In this document: piece after piece, positions 26,827 to 36,237 of the stretch | How the letters are laid out: every line of letters begins with the position of its first letter | How positions within the stretch are numbered: the first letter of the stretch is position 1 | From: Oceanospirillaceae bacterium | GTDB lineage: Bacteria; Pseudomonadota; Gammaproteobacteria; Pseudomonadales; Oceanobacteraceae | DNA length: 61,644 nucleotides | Assembly (NCBI GenBank): GCA_002706025.1 | Contig: PAJK01000034.1 | Span: forward strand, 21,533 to 83,176 | Reading direction: 5' to 3' | The notes under the pieces: model-generated | The model's input: the letters and a program-made list of their open reading frames with translations, nothing else | What the model was told of the DNA's origin: nothing | Database searches by the model: none | Position numbers and translations under genes: made by a program

Positions 26827-28065
26827 TCAGAACTCTGTAGGAGCCAAAGCGACAGTCGGTGCAACGCCACACCCATTAAAGGTAATCGTCGCAGCAGTAG
26901 AGAAAGCATCCCAGAACTCAATGGTTCCGGTATTAAAGCCAGAGCCATCGGCACAAAATGTTAGATCCTGAGCATCAGTGAATATTACGCCATAGCCGGT
27001 GTACGATGCTTCCAGACCGAGATCCAGATATCCCCCTTCTAAAGAGACACCTCTCAACTGGTGAATCAAAAATACTGATCCATCATAGGCGAGAATTTCA
27101 TCGTTGGTGTAAGATTCAATTTCACTTTCTGAGTCATATGAAGACAGGTGAATTTCAGAGGATTCAACGATCTGACCATTAATAGTCAATCGCTTGTTAT
27201 CGACTTGCTCACCATTACCAGCATAAACACTGGGGTCTGTACGGTTATCTGCATATTCAAGTCCGGAATTGGTCTTATTCTGCTGATAACGGCCGGTCAG
27301 CCCCTCTGCTGAGACAGTTACATCGACGATTAATTCAGCATTAACTTCGAATGAACCATAATCGTATCCACCTTCAGTACTGTCCGAATCGTTATAAAAA
27401 CTTACATTACCCGCAAATTCTGCGGTTCCGGTAAATACGGTAGCATTCTCATTGTCTCCAAAGGAGTCATATACACAGTAATCTTCAGAGAAGTTGGCAT
27501 TGGAATCTTGCGTAAGAAGGGTCTCCCAGGCAGCTCCGACCTCACTGTCTTCGCCATAGCGTTGCTCGACAGAGGATTCATAAGAGAGCTCTGCTGTCCC
27601 ACCACACTGTCCTGCCCGGGTTTCACTGCCAGACATGGTGTTCTGGCCGACAGTCTCCAGATCCAGATCTAAAGCTGAAGTTGAGCGGCGACTATAATCC
27701 TGAAAGTAATAACCACCGTCTTCACCTAACAATTCTTCTTCCAGAAATTGCATTTCTGCCAGGTATGGCTGTACGGTTTCAACAAGACCTCTGCCATAGG
27801 TGAGTTTTATAATCTCTGCTGCCACGACATCCAGATCAGCCTCTGAAAGATCCGCGTCATCATCTTCACCGGTAAATACCAATGTTTCTGGCTGAGGATC
27901 AACGATCGGCTCTGGTGTTGGTTCAGGTGATGGCTCCGGCGTTACAACGACATCAGGTTCTCCGGAGGATGAACTGCTTCCACCACCACATCCAGCCATT
28001 ACTAACGAACAGGTTCCTACCGCCACACATATAATATTTTTTAATAATTTTGATGAATCACTCAT
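26827..28065 (-). CDS. Acidic lipoprotein (array paralog 3)
   Basis: Lipobox VMAG|C, EP(S/T)P linker, GQCGG..EDYC and FCADGSGFNTGTIEF..ITFNGCG. Confidence 0.88.
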   Translation of the reverse strand: MSDSSKLLKNIICVAVGTCSLVMAGCGGGSSSSSGEPDVVVTPEPSPEPTPEPIVDPQPETLVFTGEDDDADLSEADLDVVAAEIIKLTYGRGLVETVQPYLAEMQFLEEELLGEDGGYYFQDYSRRSTSALDLDLETVGQNTMSGSETRAGQCGGTAELSYESSVEQRYGEDSEVGAAWETLLTQDSNANFSEDYCVYDSFGDNENATVFTGTAEFAGNVSFYNDSDSTEGGYDYGSFEVNAELIVDVTVSAEGLTGRYQQNKTNSGLEYADNRTDPSVYAGNGEQVDNKRLTINGQIVESSEIHLSSYDSESEIESYTNDEILAYDGSVFLIHQLRGVSLEGGYLDLGLEASYTGYGVIFTDAQDLTFCADGSGFNTGTIEFWDAFSTAATITFNGCGVAPTVALAPTEF

Positions 28066-28147
28066 ATACTTCCCTTAATTATTTCCTTTCAATTTAATTT
28101 CCCTACTATAAACAGGGCACCAAAGACATATCATTGCGACATATCAA

Positions 28148-29947
28148 CTATTGGCTTCTGACTACTCTGGGCTTACAGATTTCATCCAGTGTGAAATCAG
28201 CGCCCCAGACATTGCCATTACATGCATTTTTCAGATTTGATATAACTTTGGAGTCGTTCTCCTCCCCATCAGTAACGATCAAATCTGAAAACAGCGGAAA
28301 TGGCAAACCAGACATCAAAACGGAATCATCAGTCAGCGCAACAACCCCAAAATCACAATCCGCATCAGAAACGATCTGACGCCCTGCCTCAAAGAACTGG
28401 CACTCTGAACGGGACTGCCCTTCGTCAAATCGTGATATGTGCTTGTTGAAGTAAGCGACTGCTGATTTTCCTGCTTTCAAGGCATTATTATATAAACCCT
28501 CTGCCACACTATCTGCATCTTTCCCTGTCACTAACACAAGAGGGATCATGCCGCTGTTTTTTACAAGCTTTGCGAGAATCTTTTTATAAACGGAAAGGTC
28601 TGTGTAAGTGCCAATACCTGGCTGGGAATTTACCTCGCAGATAGCCGCACCGCTCTCCTTCCAGGATATTCTTATATCCGGAATCAATAAATCGACACCT
28701 GCCAGATCGAGTCTCAGCACTTTCACTGCTCTTATTGCCAACGCAGAATTATCAGGATGAACGTCATCAAAAACAGCAACAGGCATCCCCCCCGACGATA
28801 CGTTAGAAATTCTGCGGAGCGTCACGACCTGATCGGGCTTTGGGATACTTTTTTCGGTCAGTTTCTGTTTAGCCAACATGAATTTGGCTTCATCATCAAA
28901 CTCTATGCGCGTCAAAGCCGTACGTCGTTCATTTCCCCGCTCCGGACTTGCGTTAACCTGATCAATTAACTGCCTGACGGTCTTAACACCATCCCCTGTC
29001 ACCTGCGCCGGCTGACGTTCAATAGCCCAGACAAGTTCACCCTCAAAGACCGTAAGACGGTAATCTTTCCCAGAGAAATGCTTTTCAAGCATGATTCTCC
29101 GGCCTTTTTCAGCGCTTTTAGCATAGGCTTCACGCAGTTCTTTGTCATTTTTGATTCCGGCAATTACACCATAGCCACGGTCAAGATCCAGCGGTTTCAC
29201 TACAACCGGGTAACCCATTTTTCCGGCAAGATGTACAGCATCATTTACGTTATTCACGGTAACAGAAGGTTGAACCGGCAGCCCATTCATCCTCAGCATC
29301 TGAACCGTGGCCATCTTATTTTTGGCCATATTAGAGCCGACAACCGATGTCGTATCAGTAAAGGTACTGTCCAGCCAACGGCTGTTTGCGCCATAGCCAA
29401 TCTGATGAGCGCGGGCAGGCAATGAAAAATAAGGGAGATTCAACTCATATGCAGCCCTGAGAAAAGACCACATGGTTGTAGACTTTAACGCGACCGAACG
29501 AATTTCAGCGAATATTTTCTGAAAGTCCTGCTGACGGGTATAGCGGCTTCTTGTTAAATCTTTCTCATGCAAAAGTGAGATAAACCAGGCAATTAACTTT
29601 GTAGTAACCGCCGCTGAAGCCGGCGTTACAGGCACCAGCAACTCAGCTTCAGTCTCTCTACTGTCGAGCACCTGACCTGACTGCCACACCGGAACCATGG
29701 CATCCATCTGAATATTAAACACAGCCGCCAGAATAAACTCTGAAACATCATGCAGAAAGTCTGCTGCTTCCGGAAAAACATGTTCACTAAAGTCTATGCC
29801 AGAAAGCTGAGAAGCTGCCTGACAGTAGCTACTGAAGTCGACATTTCCTTCAAGGTCAGTGCGTACAGATACAATAATGGAAGGATTGGGTAATCCTACC
29901 CGATATGCAGAAGTGGAATACTTTTTTTGACTAACTTTCCAGTTCAT
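28148..29947 (-). CDS. Cyanophycin synthetase-like ATP-grasp protein with degenerate Mur-ligase domain
   Basis: IGYGANSRW, KNKMAT..LR..GLPV, YPVVVKP, GKDYRLTV, NVSSGG, AGVDLL and ICEVNSQPG; VTGKDADS where CphA has VTGTNGKTT. Confidence 0.75.
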   Translation of the reverse strand: MNWKVSQKKYSTSAYRVGLPNPSIIVSVRTDLEGNVDFSSYCQAASQLSGIDFSEHVFPEAADFLHDVSEFILAAVFNIQMDAMVPVWQSGQVLDSRETEAELLVPVTPASAAVTTKLIAWFISLLHEKDLTRSRYTRQQDFQKIFAEIRSVALKSTTMWSFLRAAYELNLPYFSLPARAHQIGYGANSRWLDSTFTDTTSVVGSNMAKNKMATVQMLRMNGLPVQPSVTVNNVNDAVHLAGKMGYPVVVKPLDLDRGYGVIAGIKNDKELREAYAKSAEKGRRIMLEKHFSGKDYRLTVFEGELVWAIERQPAQVTGDGVKTVRQLIDQVNASPERGNERRTALTRIEFDDEAKFMLAKQKLTEKSIPKPDQVVTLRRISNVSSGGMPVAVFDDVHPDNSALAIRAVKVLRLDLAGVDLLIPDIRISWKESGAAICEVNSQPGIGTYTDLSVYKKILAKLVKNSGMIPLVLVTGKDADSVAEGLYNNALKAGKSAVAYFNKHISRFDEGQSRSECQFFEAGRQIVSDADCDFGVVALTDDSVLMSGLPFPLFSDLIVTDGEENDSKVISNLKNACNGNVWGADFTLDEICKPRVVRSQ

Positions 29948-29990
29948 AAAGCCAGATAACCATATACAAAGTTATCAGTATATTACCATC

Positions 29991-30019
29991 AAAAAAAAAG
30001 AGGGCATAAGCCCTCTTTT
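29991..30019. terminator. Intrinsic terminator after lipoprotein 2
   Basis: AAAAGAGGGC-ATAA-GCCCTCTTTT. Confidence 0.85.
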
Positions 30020-30033
30020 CTTATCAAGCTACA

Positions 30034-31302
30034 TCATTCCGCTACAGGAACCGGAGCAACATACGGCTCGATAGTTGGAGCAGTGTCACAGCCGGTAAAA
30101 GTGATGGTGCCATAAGCGTCATCATAATCACCGAACATAAGAGTACCAGCGGAGAAGCCAGAGCCATCGTCACAGAGCGTCAGTTCGTCACCTTCGAAGT
30201 AAACATAGCCAACACCAGACAATGCAACACTACCGCCTTCACTCAAATCAAAGACATTGTAATCTGGACGCGAGATCGCTACGTAATCCACCAGGAAAAC
30301 CGAATCAGCAAAAGCAATCAGCTCTTCGGAATCACCAGTTTCGGTAGTTTCGTTATATACATAAGTTGATTTGTATGTGCGCTCAAGTGTCTGACCACGG
30401 AAAGTAAAGAGTTCATTATTAATCTCTTCATAATCCTCGCCGTAGCTAGGGGTTTCTGAACGTTCATCATCAAAATACGTGTTAGTTTCAGAGAAATCAA
30501 ACTGATAACGAAGCGACTCATCTTCAACTGTAAAAGTCAGGTCGCCAGACTTCTTAACAGAATATTCGTCACGCTCGAAACCATCCTCGCCATCATAGTC
30601 TTCGTAGTAACTTTCAGAGTATTCACCTTCTAAATGACCCGAAACTCCGATCTGAGGAGCGCTTTCAGCAAGCATGCCAGGGCCTCCGTAATAGCTAAGC
30701 GACTGACAATAATCGTCAGAGAACTCGGCATTTAAAGTCATATCCTCAGTATAATCTTCACCGTAAGCACCTTCTTCTTCTGCCATACTGAACTCGTAAG
30801 AAGATTCTTTAGCAGCTGTAAACGTACCACCACAGCTACCCGCAACGGTCACTGATTCAGAGTCAGAAGCACCGGCGACCAGTTCCAGATCCAGGTCCAG
30901 AGCGTCGGTAGCAGAATAAGGGCCAAAACCGATATTGCCGAGGTATTGAAGCGGCATTCCATTAAACACGTTATCTACTTGACGAGGAATGGAACTGGTT
31001 ACGTCATCAGCCATTTCCAGCAATACAGAAGCCAGAGTCACTTTAATTACTTCAGAACCCACGGCACTGAGATCAGCAGTACTGAAATCAGCATCATCTT
31101 CCGAGCCAGTGTAAGTCAGAGTCTGCGGAGTTGGTTCCGGAGTTGGTTCCGGAGTTGGTTCTGGTGTCGGTTCTGGTGTAACAACAGGATCCTGCTCATC
31201 AGACGATGAGCTGCTGCTGCCACCACAGCCAGCCATAACCAGAGAGCAACTGGCTACAGCAATGTAAGCAAGGTTTCTTAATGTTTTAGATGAGTTAGAC
31301 AT
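30034..31302 (-). CDS. Acidic lipoprotein (array paralog 2)
   Basis: Lipobox VMAG|C, (EPTP)x4 linker, GSCGG..DDYC and LCDDGSGFSAGT..ITFTGC. Confidence 0.88.
   Translation of the reverse strand: MSNSSKTLRNLAYIAVASCSLVMAGCGGSSSSSSDEQDPVVTPEPTPEPTPEPTPEPTPQTLTYTGSEDDADFSTADLSAVGSEVIKVTLASVLLEMADDVTSSIPRQVDNVFNGMPLQYLGNIGFGPYSATDALDLDLELVAGASDSESVTVAGSCGGTFTAAKESSYEFSMAEEEGAYGEDYTEDMTLNAEFSDDYCQSLSYYGGPGMLAESAPQIGVSGHLEGEYSESYYEDYDGEDGFERDEYSVKKSGDLTFTVEDESLRYQFDFSETNTYFDDERSETPSYGEDYEEINNELFTFRGQTLERTYKSTYVYNETTETGDSEELIAFADSVFLVDYVAISRPDYNVFDLSEGGSVALSGVGYVYFEGDELTLCDDGSGFSAGTLMFGDYDDAYGTITFTGCDTAPTIEPYVAPVPVAE
31126..31173 (-). repeat. 12-bp coding tandem repeat (EPTP linker)
   Basis: CGGAGTTGGTTC x3 perfect plus one degenerate copy. 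Confidence 0.9.
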
Positions 31303-31511
31303 GAAAATTCCCTTCAATTATTTATATGGTTTTATTCGTCATACGTTCGCTACGGAATATGGCACCCCGAAATCTGACCATATGGCTTTAAGCTCACAGC
31401 GAAACAAAATAACAACTCAAAAAGCTATCATCATGTTCATAAATCTGTTGATTTCTATTTTTGCGCCAGATGTGAATCATTTATTCTGATGAATACATCA
31501 GCACTTTGTAA

Positions 31512-31530
31512 GGAGGGCATTAAGCCCTCC
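31512..31530 (-). terminator. Hairpin after lipoprotein 1
   Basis: GGAGGGC-ATTAA-GCCCTCC, same stem core as the paralog 2 terminator. Confidence 0.6.
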
Positions 31531-31547
31531 CACGTATTTTTATATTA

Positions 31548-32780
31548 TTAGAGTGACACGATTGGCGTTACTGACGGCGCAACACCACAGCCATTGAATG
31601 TAATCAACATGGCCGTAGATTCGTCGTCATAAAACTCGATGGTACCGGTAGCAAAACCAGAGCCATCTTCACAGAAAGAAAGTCCGTTTCCATAAGCTTC
31701 GATCAAACCATACTCGGAATAATACGCATCAAGTTCAAGGCCGTAATCACCCTCATCCATCCACGCATCAGCGTAATCCAGAAGGAATACTGAGCCATCG
31801 TACGCCATTAAATCCTGCTCTGAGCTACTACTACTCTCGCCATTATAGCTATAGGAGTAGCTCTCTGTGGTTTCGATAACAGAACCATTGATGGTGAAAC
31901 GTTCATTCATAGCATTCGTATTTTGCTGGCTAACAGTACGCGTTTCGCCGCGGTCGTCATCGAGCAGACCGCTGGTCGTACTGGCATCGAACTGATAGCG
32001 GCCATTGAAACCGGTAGCCGCAACAGTAATGTCACCAGCCATTTCCGCTGATCCGCTCACACGGAAATAATACCCACCATCGACCTCAGGAGTATCGAAG
32101 CCCTGATCAATGTAAAAATCCATCTCCCCGTTAAAGCTGGCAGTACCATTTAACAGTGGTGATTCATCATTTACGTAATATTCATCATTACAGTAGTCAT
32201 CGGTCAGGGTAACCGAAGATGTACGTGACTCCTCATATTCCTCACCATAACCAATCGCTTCATCGTAACCAGAGTACTCACTGGCAACAGACTCATACTC
32301 AAATTCCGTAACGCCACCACAGGTACCAGCATAAGTTTCACTACCTGAATCAGAACCACTGATGACCAGAGCCATATCGAGGTCCAGAGCATCGGCGGAA
32401 CTGAGCCCACGGCCGAAGAAATATCCACCAAAGTCACCGGCTAATTGACTGATCAGATCGTCCATACCGTCGAGATACGGTTCAGCAACTTCAAGAGCCA
32501 CAGCAGCAAAAGACGCTTTGATAACCTCTGCCGCAACGGCATCCAGGTCTGCTTCAGACAGGTCTGAATAATCTTCAGAGCCGCTGTAAACCAGAGTTTC
32601 TGGCTGCGGATCAGGCGTTGGCTCCGGAGTAGGTTCTGGAGTAGGTTCTGGATTTACAATAGGATCTTGCTCATCAGCGGATGAGCTGCTGCTGCCACCG
32701 CCACAGCCAGCCATAACCAGTGAACCGCCGGCAACGGCGATGTAAGCGAGGTTTCGTAAGGTTTTGGATAAGTCAGCCAT
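31548..32780 (-). CDS. Acidic lipoprotein (array paralog 1)
   Basis: Lipobox VMAG|C, EPTP linker, GTCGG..DDYC and FCEDGSGFATGTIEF..ITFNGCG. Confidence 0.88.
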   Translation of the reverse strand: MADLSKTLRNLAYIAVAGGSLVMAGCGGGSSSSSADEQDPIVNPEPTPEPTPEPTPDPQPETLVYSGSEDYSDLSEADLDAVAAEVIKASFAAVALEVAEPYLDGMDDLISQLAGDFGGYFFGRGLSSADALDLDMALVISGSDSGSETYAGTCGGVTEFEYESVASEYSGYDEAIGYGEEYEESRTSSVTLTDDYCNDEYYVNDESPLLNGTASFNGEMDFYIDQGFDTPEVDGGYYFRVSGSAEMAGDITVAATGFNGRYQFDASTTSGLLDDDRGETRTVSQQNTNAMNERFTINGSVIETTESYSYSYNGESSSSSEQDLMAYDGSVFLLDYADAWMDEGDYGLELDAYYSEYGLIEAYGNGLSFCEDGSGFATGTIEFYDDESTAMLITFNGCGVAPSVTPIVSL

Positions 32781-32969
32781 AATACTTCCCTTCAAGTAGT
32801 TTTCTGTCTTTTTCTGTGTGTCGCGTCAGGCCAGCAATACGCGGCGAGCGATCTTTTCTGCTGCCCGATTTCGCCAACAGACAGGGCCAAAACCCGAACC
32901 ATTGTTCATCTCTCTGGACAGATAAATTTTGCACCGAGACAGTAACGCTTTGTAGCTGCTTAGTAAAGG

Positions 32970-33164
32970 ATGTAATTTTTTGTCACGGGTGACATTTTTT
33001 GTCACCCCGGATATTAAAAAATGCCCGGAAAGCGGAATGGCCTGAACCGGATCATACGATCCAGAATAAGCATCCGCCTTAAGACGGATATTGAGCGGAA
33101 AAATGCATAATTACGCAAGAAGTCAGCAACATAGGAAGGAAATCGTTGTGACAAATTTTGTCAC
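32970..33164. promoter_or_regulatory. GTGAC-N7-GTCAC operator cluster upstream of the lipoprotein array
   Basis: GTGACATTTTTTGTCAC (32989-33005), GTGACAAATTTTGTCAC (33148-33164), degenerate ATGTAATTTTTTGTCAC (32970-32986). Confidence 0.7.
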
Positions 33165-33448
33165 CAGCATGAGTATAAAGTCAGTCTGATTTTATAAATC
33201 ATGCGCAATTATGACATTGATCAAAGTGCCGCAGTTTTGTAACAGAACAGGTGGCAATCGGATGCAAAAAGCTGGCGAATCAGTTCAGAGAGGCAAACAA
33301 ATCATGGCTAAGATGCGGCGTCTCATTTGTCACCTTGAGTCGCACCTTTAAGTGATATTTCTCTTATTAAATACAACCCAAACTCCATTCCTTCGAACCG
33401 CTTAGCCAACACCTGATTAGCGACCATGCCTGAGTAATTTTCAGGCAT

Positions 33449-33475
33449 AAAAAAACCGCCCTAAGGCGGTCTTTT
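33449..33475 (-). terminator. pnp terminator
   Basis: ACCGCC-CTAA-GGCGGT with U7 on minus. Confidence 0.85.
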
Positions 33476-33507
33476 CATCGCTGTTCAGCGAAGGTATTCA
33501 GCCAGCA

Positions 33508-35616
33508 TTAAGCAGGCTGCTCTACACCTTTCATAGTCAGCTTAACGCGACCTTTCGGATCAACGTCAGCAACGTGTACGTTTACAACCTGACCTTCTTT
33601 CAGGTAGTCAGAAACGTTTTCTACGCGCTCTTCGCTGATCTGAGAAATGTGCAGCAGGCCGTCTTTGCCTGGCAGTACGGTAACGAATGCACCGAAATCA
33701 ACGATCTTGCTGACGGTACCAGTGTAAGTAACACCTACTTCGATCTCAGCAGTGATGCCTTCAATCATTTCTTTCGCTTTGTCAGCAGAAGCTTTGTCTG
33801 CTGCGAAGATCTTGATTTCGCCGTCGTCGTTGATATCTACAGAAGCACCGGATTTCTCGGTGATGTCACGGATGGTCGCGCCACCTTTACCGATCACGTC
33901 ACGGATCTTGTCAGAAGCGATCTTCATGCTGGTCATGGTCGGAGCGTTTTCAGACAGCTCTTTACGTGGCTCAGCAATCACAGCATTCATCTGTTCGAGA
34001 ATGGTGAAACGTGCTGCTTTGGCTTTTTCCAGCGCGATTTCCATGATCTCTTCAGTGATACCTTCGATCTTGATATCCATCTGCAGTGCAGTAATACCTT
34101 CGTCAGTACCGGCAACTTTAAAGTCCATATCGCCCAGGTGATCTTCGTCACCCAGAATGTCGGTCAGAACAGCGAATTTTTCGCCTTCTTTCACCAGACC
34201 CATAGCGATACCGGCAACCGGTGCTTTCATTGGTACACCAGCGTCCATCAGAGACAGAGATGCGCCACATACGGAAGCCATGGAAGAAGAACCGTTGGAT
34301 TCAGTAATTTCTGAAACCACACGCACGGTGTACGGGAATTCTTCGTGAGAAGGCATCATTGCCTGCACACCACGACGGGCCAGACGGCCGTGACCAATTT
34401 CACGACGGCCAGGAGAACCCATACGGCCAGCTTCACCTACAGAGTATGGAGGGAAGTTGTAGTGGAACAGGAATGGATCGTCTTTGGTGCCGTGCAGGAA
34501 GTCGATCATCTGTGCGTCACGGGCAGAACCCAGAGTGGTCGCAACGATGGCCTGAGTTTCACCACGGGTGAACATAGCAGAACCGTGAGTGCTCTTCAGA
34601 ACGCCGGTTTCGATGGTCAGTGGACGAACGGTGTCGTTGTCACGGCCATCGATACGTGGAGCGCCGTCGATTACGCGCTGACGTACTACTTCGTATTTCA
34701 GTTCGCCGATCATCTCAGCGATTTCGTCTTTGGTGAAACCTTCTTCACCTTCAGCAGCGGCCAGTTTTTCAACAGCAGCGGCTTTGATTTCGTCCAGCTT
34801 GCCGTAACGCTCCATCTTGTCGGAGATGGTGTAGGCTTCGCCGATGGCAGCAGCAGTTTCTGCTTTAACCGCTTCGTACAGGGCAGTGTTCTGCTCTGCC
34901 GCAGCCCAGTCCCAACGCTGAACGTTCAGCTCAGCAACCCACTCGTTGATGGCAGTAATGGCTGGCTGGAAGGCTTTGTGTGCAAATAGTACTGCACCCA
35001 GCATTTCGTCTTCGGTCAGTTCGTCGGCTTCGGATTCAACCATCAGCACGGCGTCCTGAGTACCGGCAACCACCATGTCCAGCAGGGAATCTTCCAGCTG
35101 AGAATATTTAGGGTTGAGGATGTAACCTTCGTCTTCGATGAAACCAACGCGGGCGCCAGCGATAGGACCATTGAACGGTACACCGGAAACAGACAGAGCT
35201 GCAGAGGTAGCGATCATGGCGCAGATATCCGGATCAACGTCTTTTTCAGAAGACATAACGGTCAGGATAACCTGAACTTCGTTCATGAAGCCTTCCGGGA
35301 ACAGAGGGCGGATCGGACGGTCGATCAGACGGGAAGTCAGGGTTTCTTTTTCAGAAGGACGCGCTTCACGCTTCAGGTAACCACCAGGGATACGGCCAGC
35401 GGCGTACATTTTTTCCTGATAGTGAACAGACAGTGGGAAGAAGTCCTGACCTGGCTTGGTGCTTTTCGCAGCAACAACAGTCGCCAGAACCTGAGTTTTA
35501 CCGATAGTGGCCAGAACAGCGCCGTCAGCCTGACGGGCAATGCGACCGGTTTCCAGAGTGACGGTATCGTTACCGAACTGGAAGGTTTTTGTGTTAGCAA
35601 CAGGTTTTGTGCTCAT
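33508..35616 (-). CDS. pnp: Polyribonucleotide nucleotidyltransferase
   Basis: [22 protein letters not shown] and GDMDFKVAG motifs; KH and S1 domains. Confidence 0.98.
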   Translation of the reverse strand: MSTKPVANTKTFQFGNDTVTLETGRIARQADGAVLATIGKTQVLATVVAAKSTKPGQDFFPLSVHYQEKMYAAGRIPGGYLKREARPSEKETLTSRLIDRPIRPLFPEGFMNEVQVILTVMSSEKDVDPDICAMIATSAALSVSGVPFNGPIAGARVGFIEDEGYILNPKYSQLEDSLLDMVVAGTQDAVLMVESEADELTEDEMLGAVLFAHKAFQPAITAINEWVAELNVQRWDWAAAEQNTALYEAVKAETAAAIGEAYTISDKMERYGKLDEIKAAAVEKLAAAEGEEGFTKDEIAEMIGELKYEVVRQRVIDGAPRIDGRDNDTVRPLTIETGVLKSTHGSAMFTRGETQAIVATTLGSARDAQMIDFLHGTKDDPFLFHYNFPPYSVGEAGRMGSPGRREIGHGRLARRGVQAMMPSHEEFPYTVRVVSEITESNGSSSMASVCGASLSLMDAGVPMKAPVAGIAMGLVKEGEKFAVLTDILGDEDHLGDMDFKVAGTDEGITALQMDIKIEGITEEIMEIALEKAKAARFTILEQMNAVIAEPRKELSENAPTMTSMKIASDKIRDVIGKGGATIRDITEKSGASVDINDDGEIKIFAADKASADKAKEMIEGITAEIEVGVTYTGTVSKIVDFGAFVTVLPGKDGLLHISQISEERVENVSDYLKEGQVVNVHVADVDPKGRVKLTMKGVEQPA

Positions 35617-35800
35617 ACAGTATGTGTTTCCTTTACGATTTCAGATCATCCTGCGCACTGCCGGTACTTCTAAGGATTGGCTCTTTTGCGCCCATAAAAG
35701 GGCAAAAGCCAATGGTTAGAAGCACCACCACTCAATCAGTGGGGTTGGCACCACAGTCTGGCAGGTTGTATGTGTATAAAGAGGGAGCTATCAGCCAGAT

Positions 35801-35830
35801 ACAACAAAAGCCCCGGAGGGCTTTTGCTGT
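35801..35830 (-). terminator. rpsO terminator
   Basis: ACAACAAAAGCCC-CGGA-GGGCTTTTGCTGT. Confidence 0.75.
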
Positions 35831-35840
35831 AAGAGAGATC

Positions 35841-36110
35841 TTAGCGACGCAGACCCAGACGACCGATCAGAGCGGTGTAACGGGATGCATCTTTACGCTT
35901 CAGGTAGTCCAGCAGTTTACGACGCTGGTTAACCATGCGGATCAGACCACGACGGGAGTGGTGATCTTTACCATGCGCTTTGAAGTGGTCCTGCAGGCCA
36001 ACAATGTTGTGGGTCAGCAGTGCAACCTGAACTTCAGGAGAACCAGTGTCGCCTTCAGCAACCTGATACTCTTTTACAATCTCAGCTTTCTTTTCAGCAG
36101 ATAATGCCAT
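35841..36110 (-). CDS. rpsO: 30S ribosomal protein S15
   Basis: [27 protein letters not shown]. Confidence 0.99.
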   Translation of the reverse strand: MALSAEKKAEIVKEYQVAEGDTGSPEVQVALLTHNIVGLQDHFKAHGKDHHSRRGLIRMVNQRRKLLDYLKRKDASRYTALIGRLGLRR

Positions 36111-36237
36111 CTTTCAAACTCCATAGAATGTGCATCAGGCTCAGCCTGACTGTTTAAAAAGCATTGCCACCGTGCACATTAACAGTGGTATGCGTGTGCC
36201 TGTCGGCACAGTTAAAAACGGGTTTTCATGACAAGGC

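Noticed and set aside
33148-33164. GTGAC...GTCAC as matS or CRP sites
   Set aside because: matS has a 3-nt spacer and CRP is TGTGA-N6-TCACA; the spacer here fits neither
33211-33224. ATGAC-ATTG-ATCAA as an FNR box
   Set aside because: Only one good half-site and only a weak -10 (CAGACT) at class II distance
33252-33266. TGGCAATCGGATGCA as a sigma-54 promoter
   Set aside because: GG-to-GC spacing is 9 nt rather than the strict 10
22052-33440. Accessory block as a mobile element or genomic island
   Set aside because: No integrase, transposase, att-like direct repeats or phage genes seen; better explained by local duplication or old acquisition
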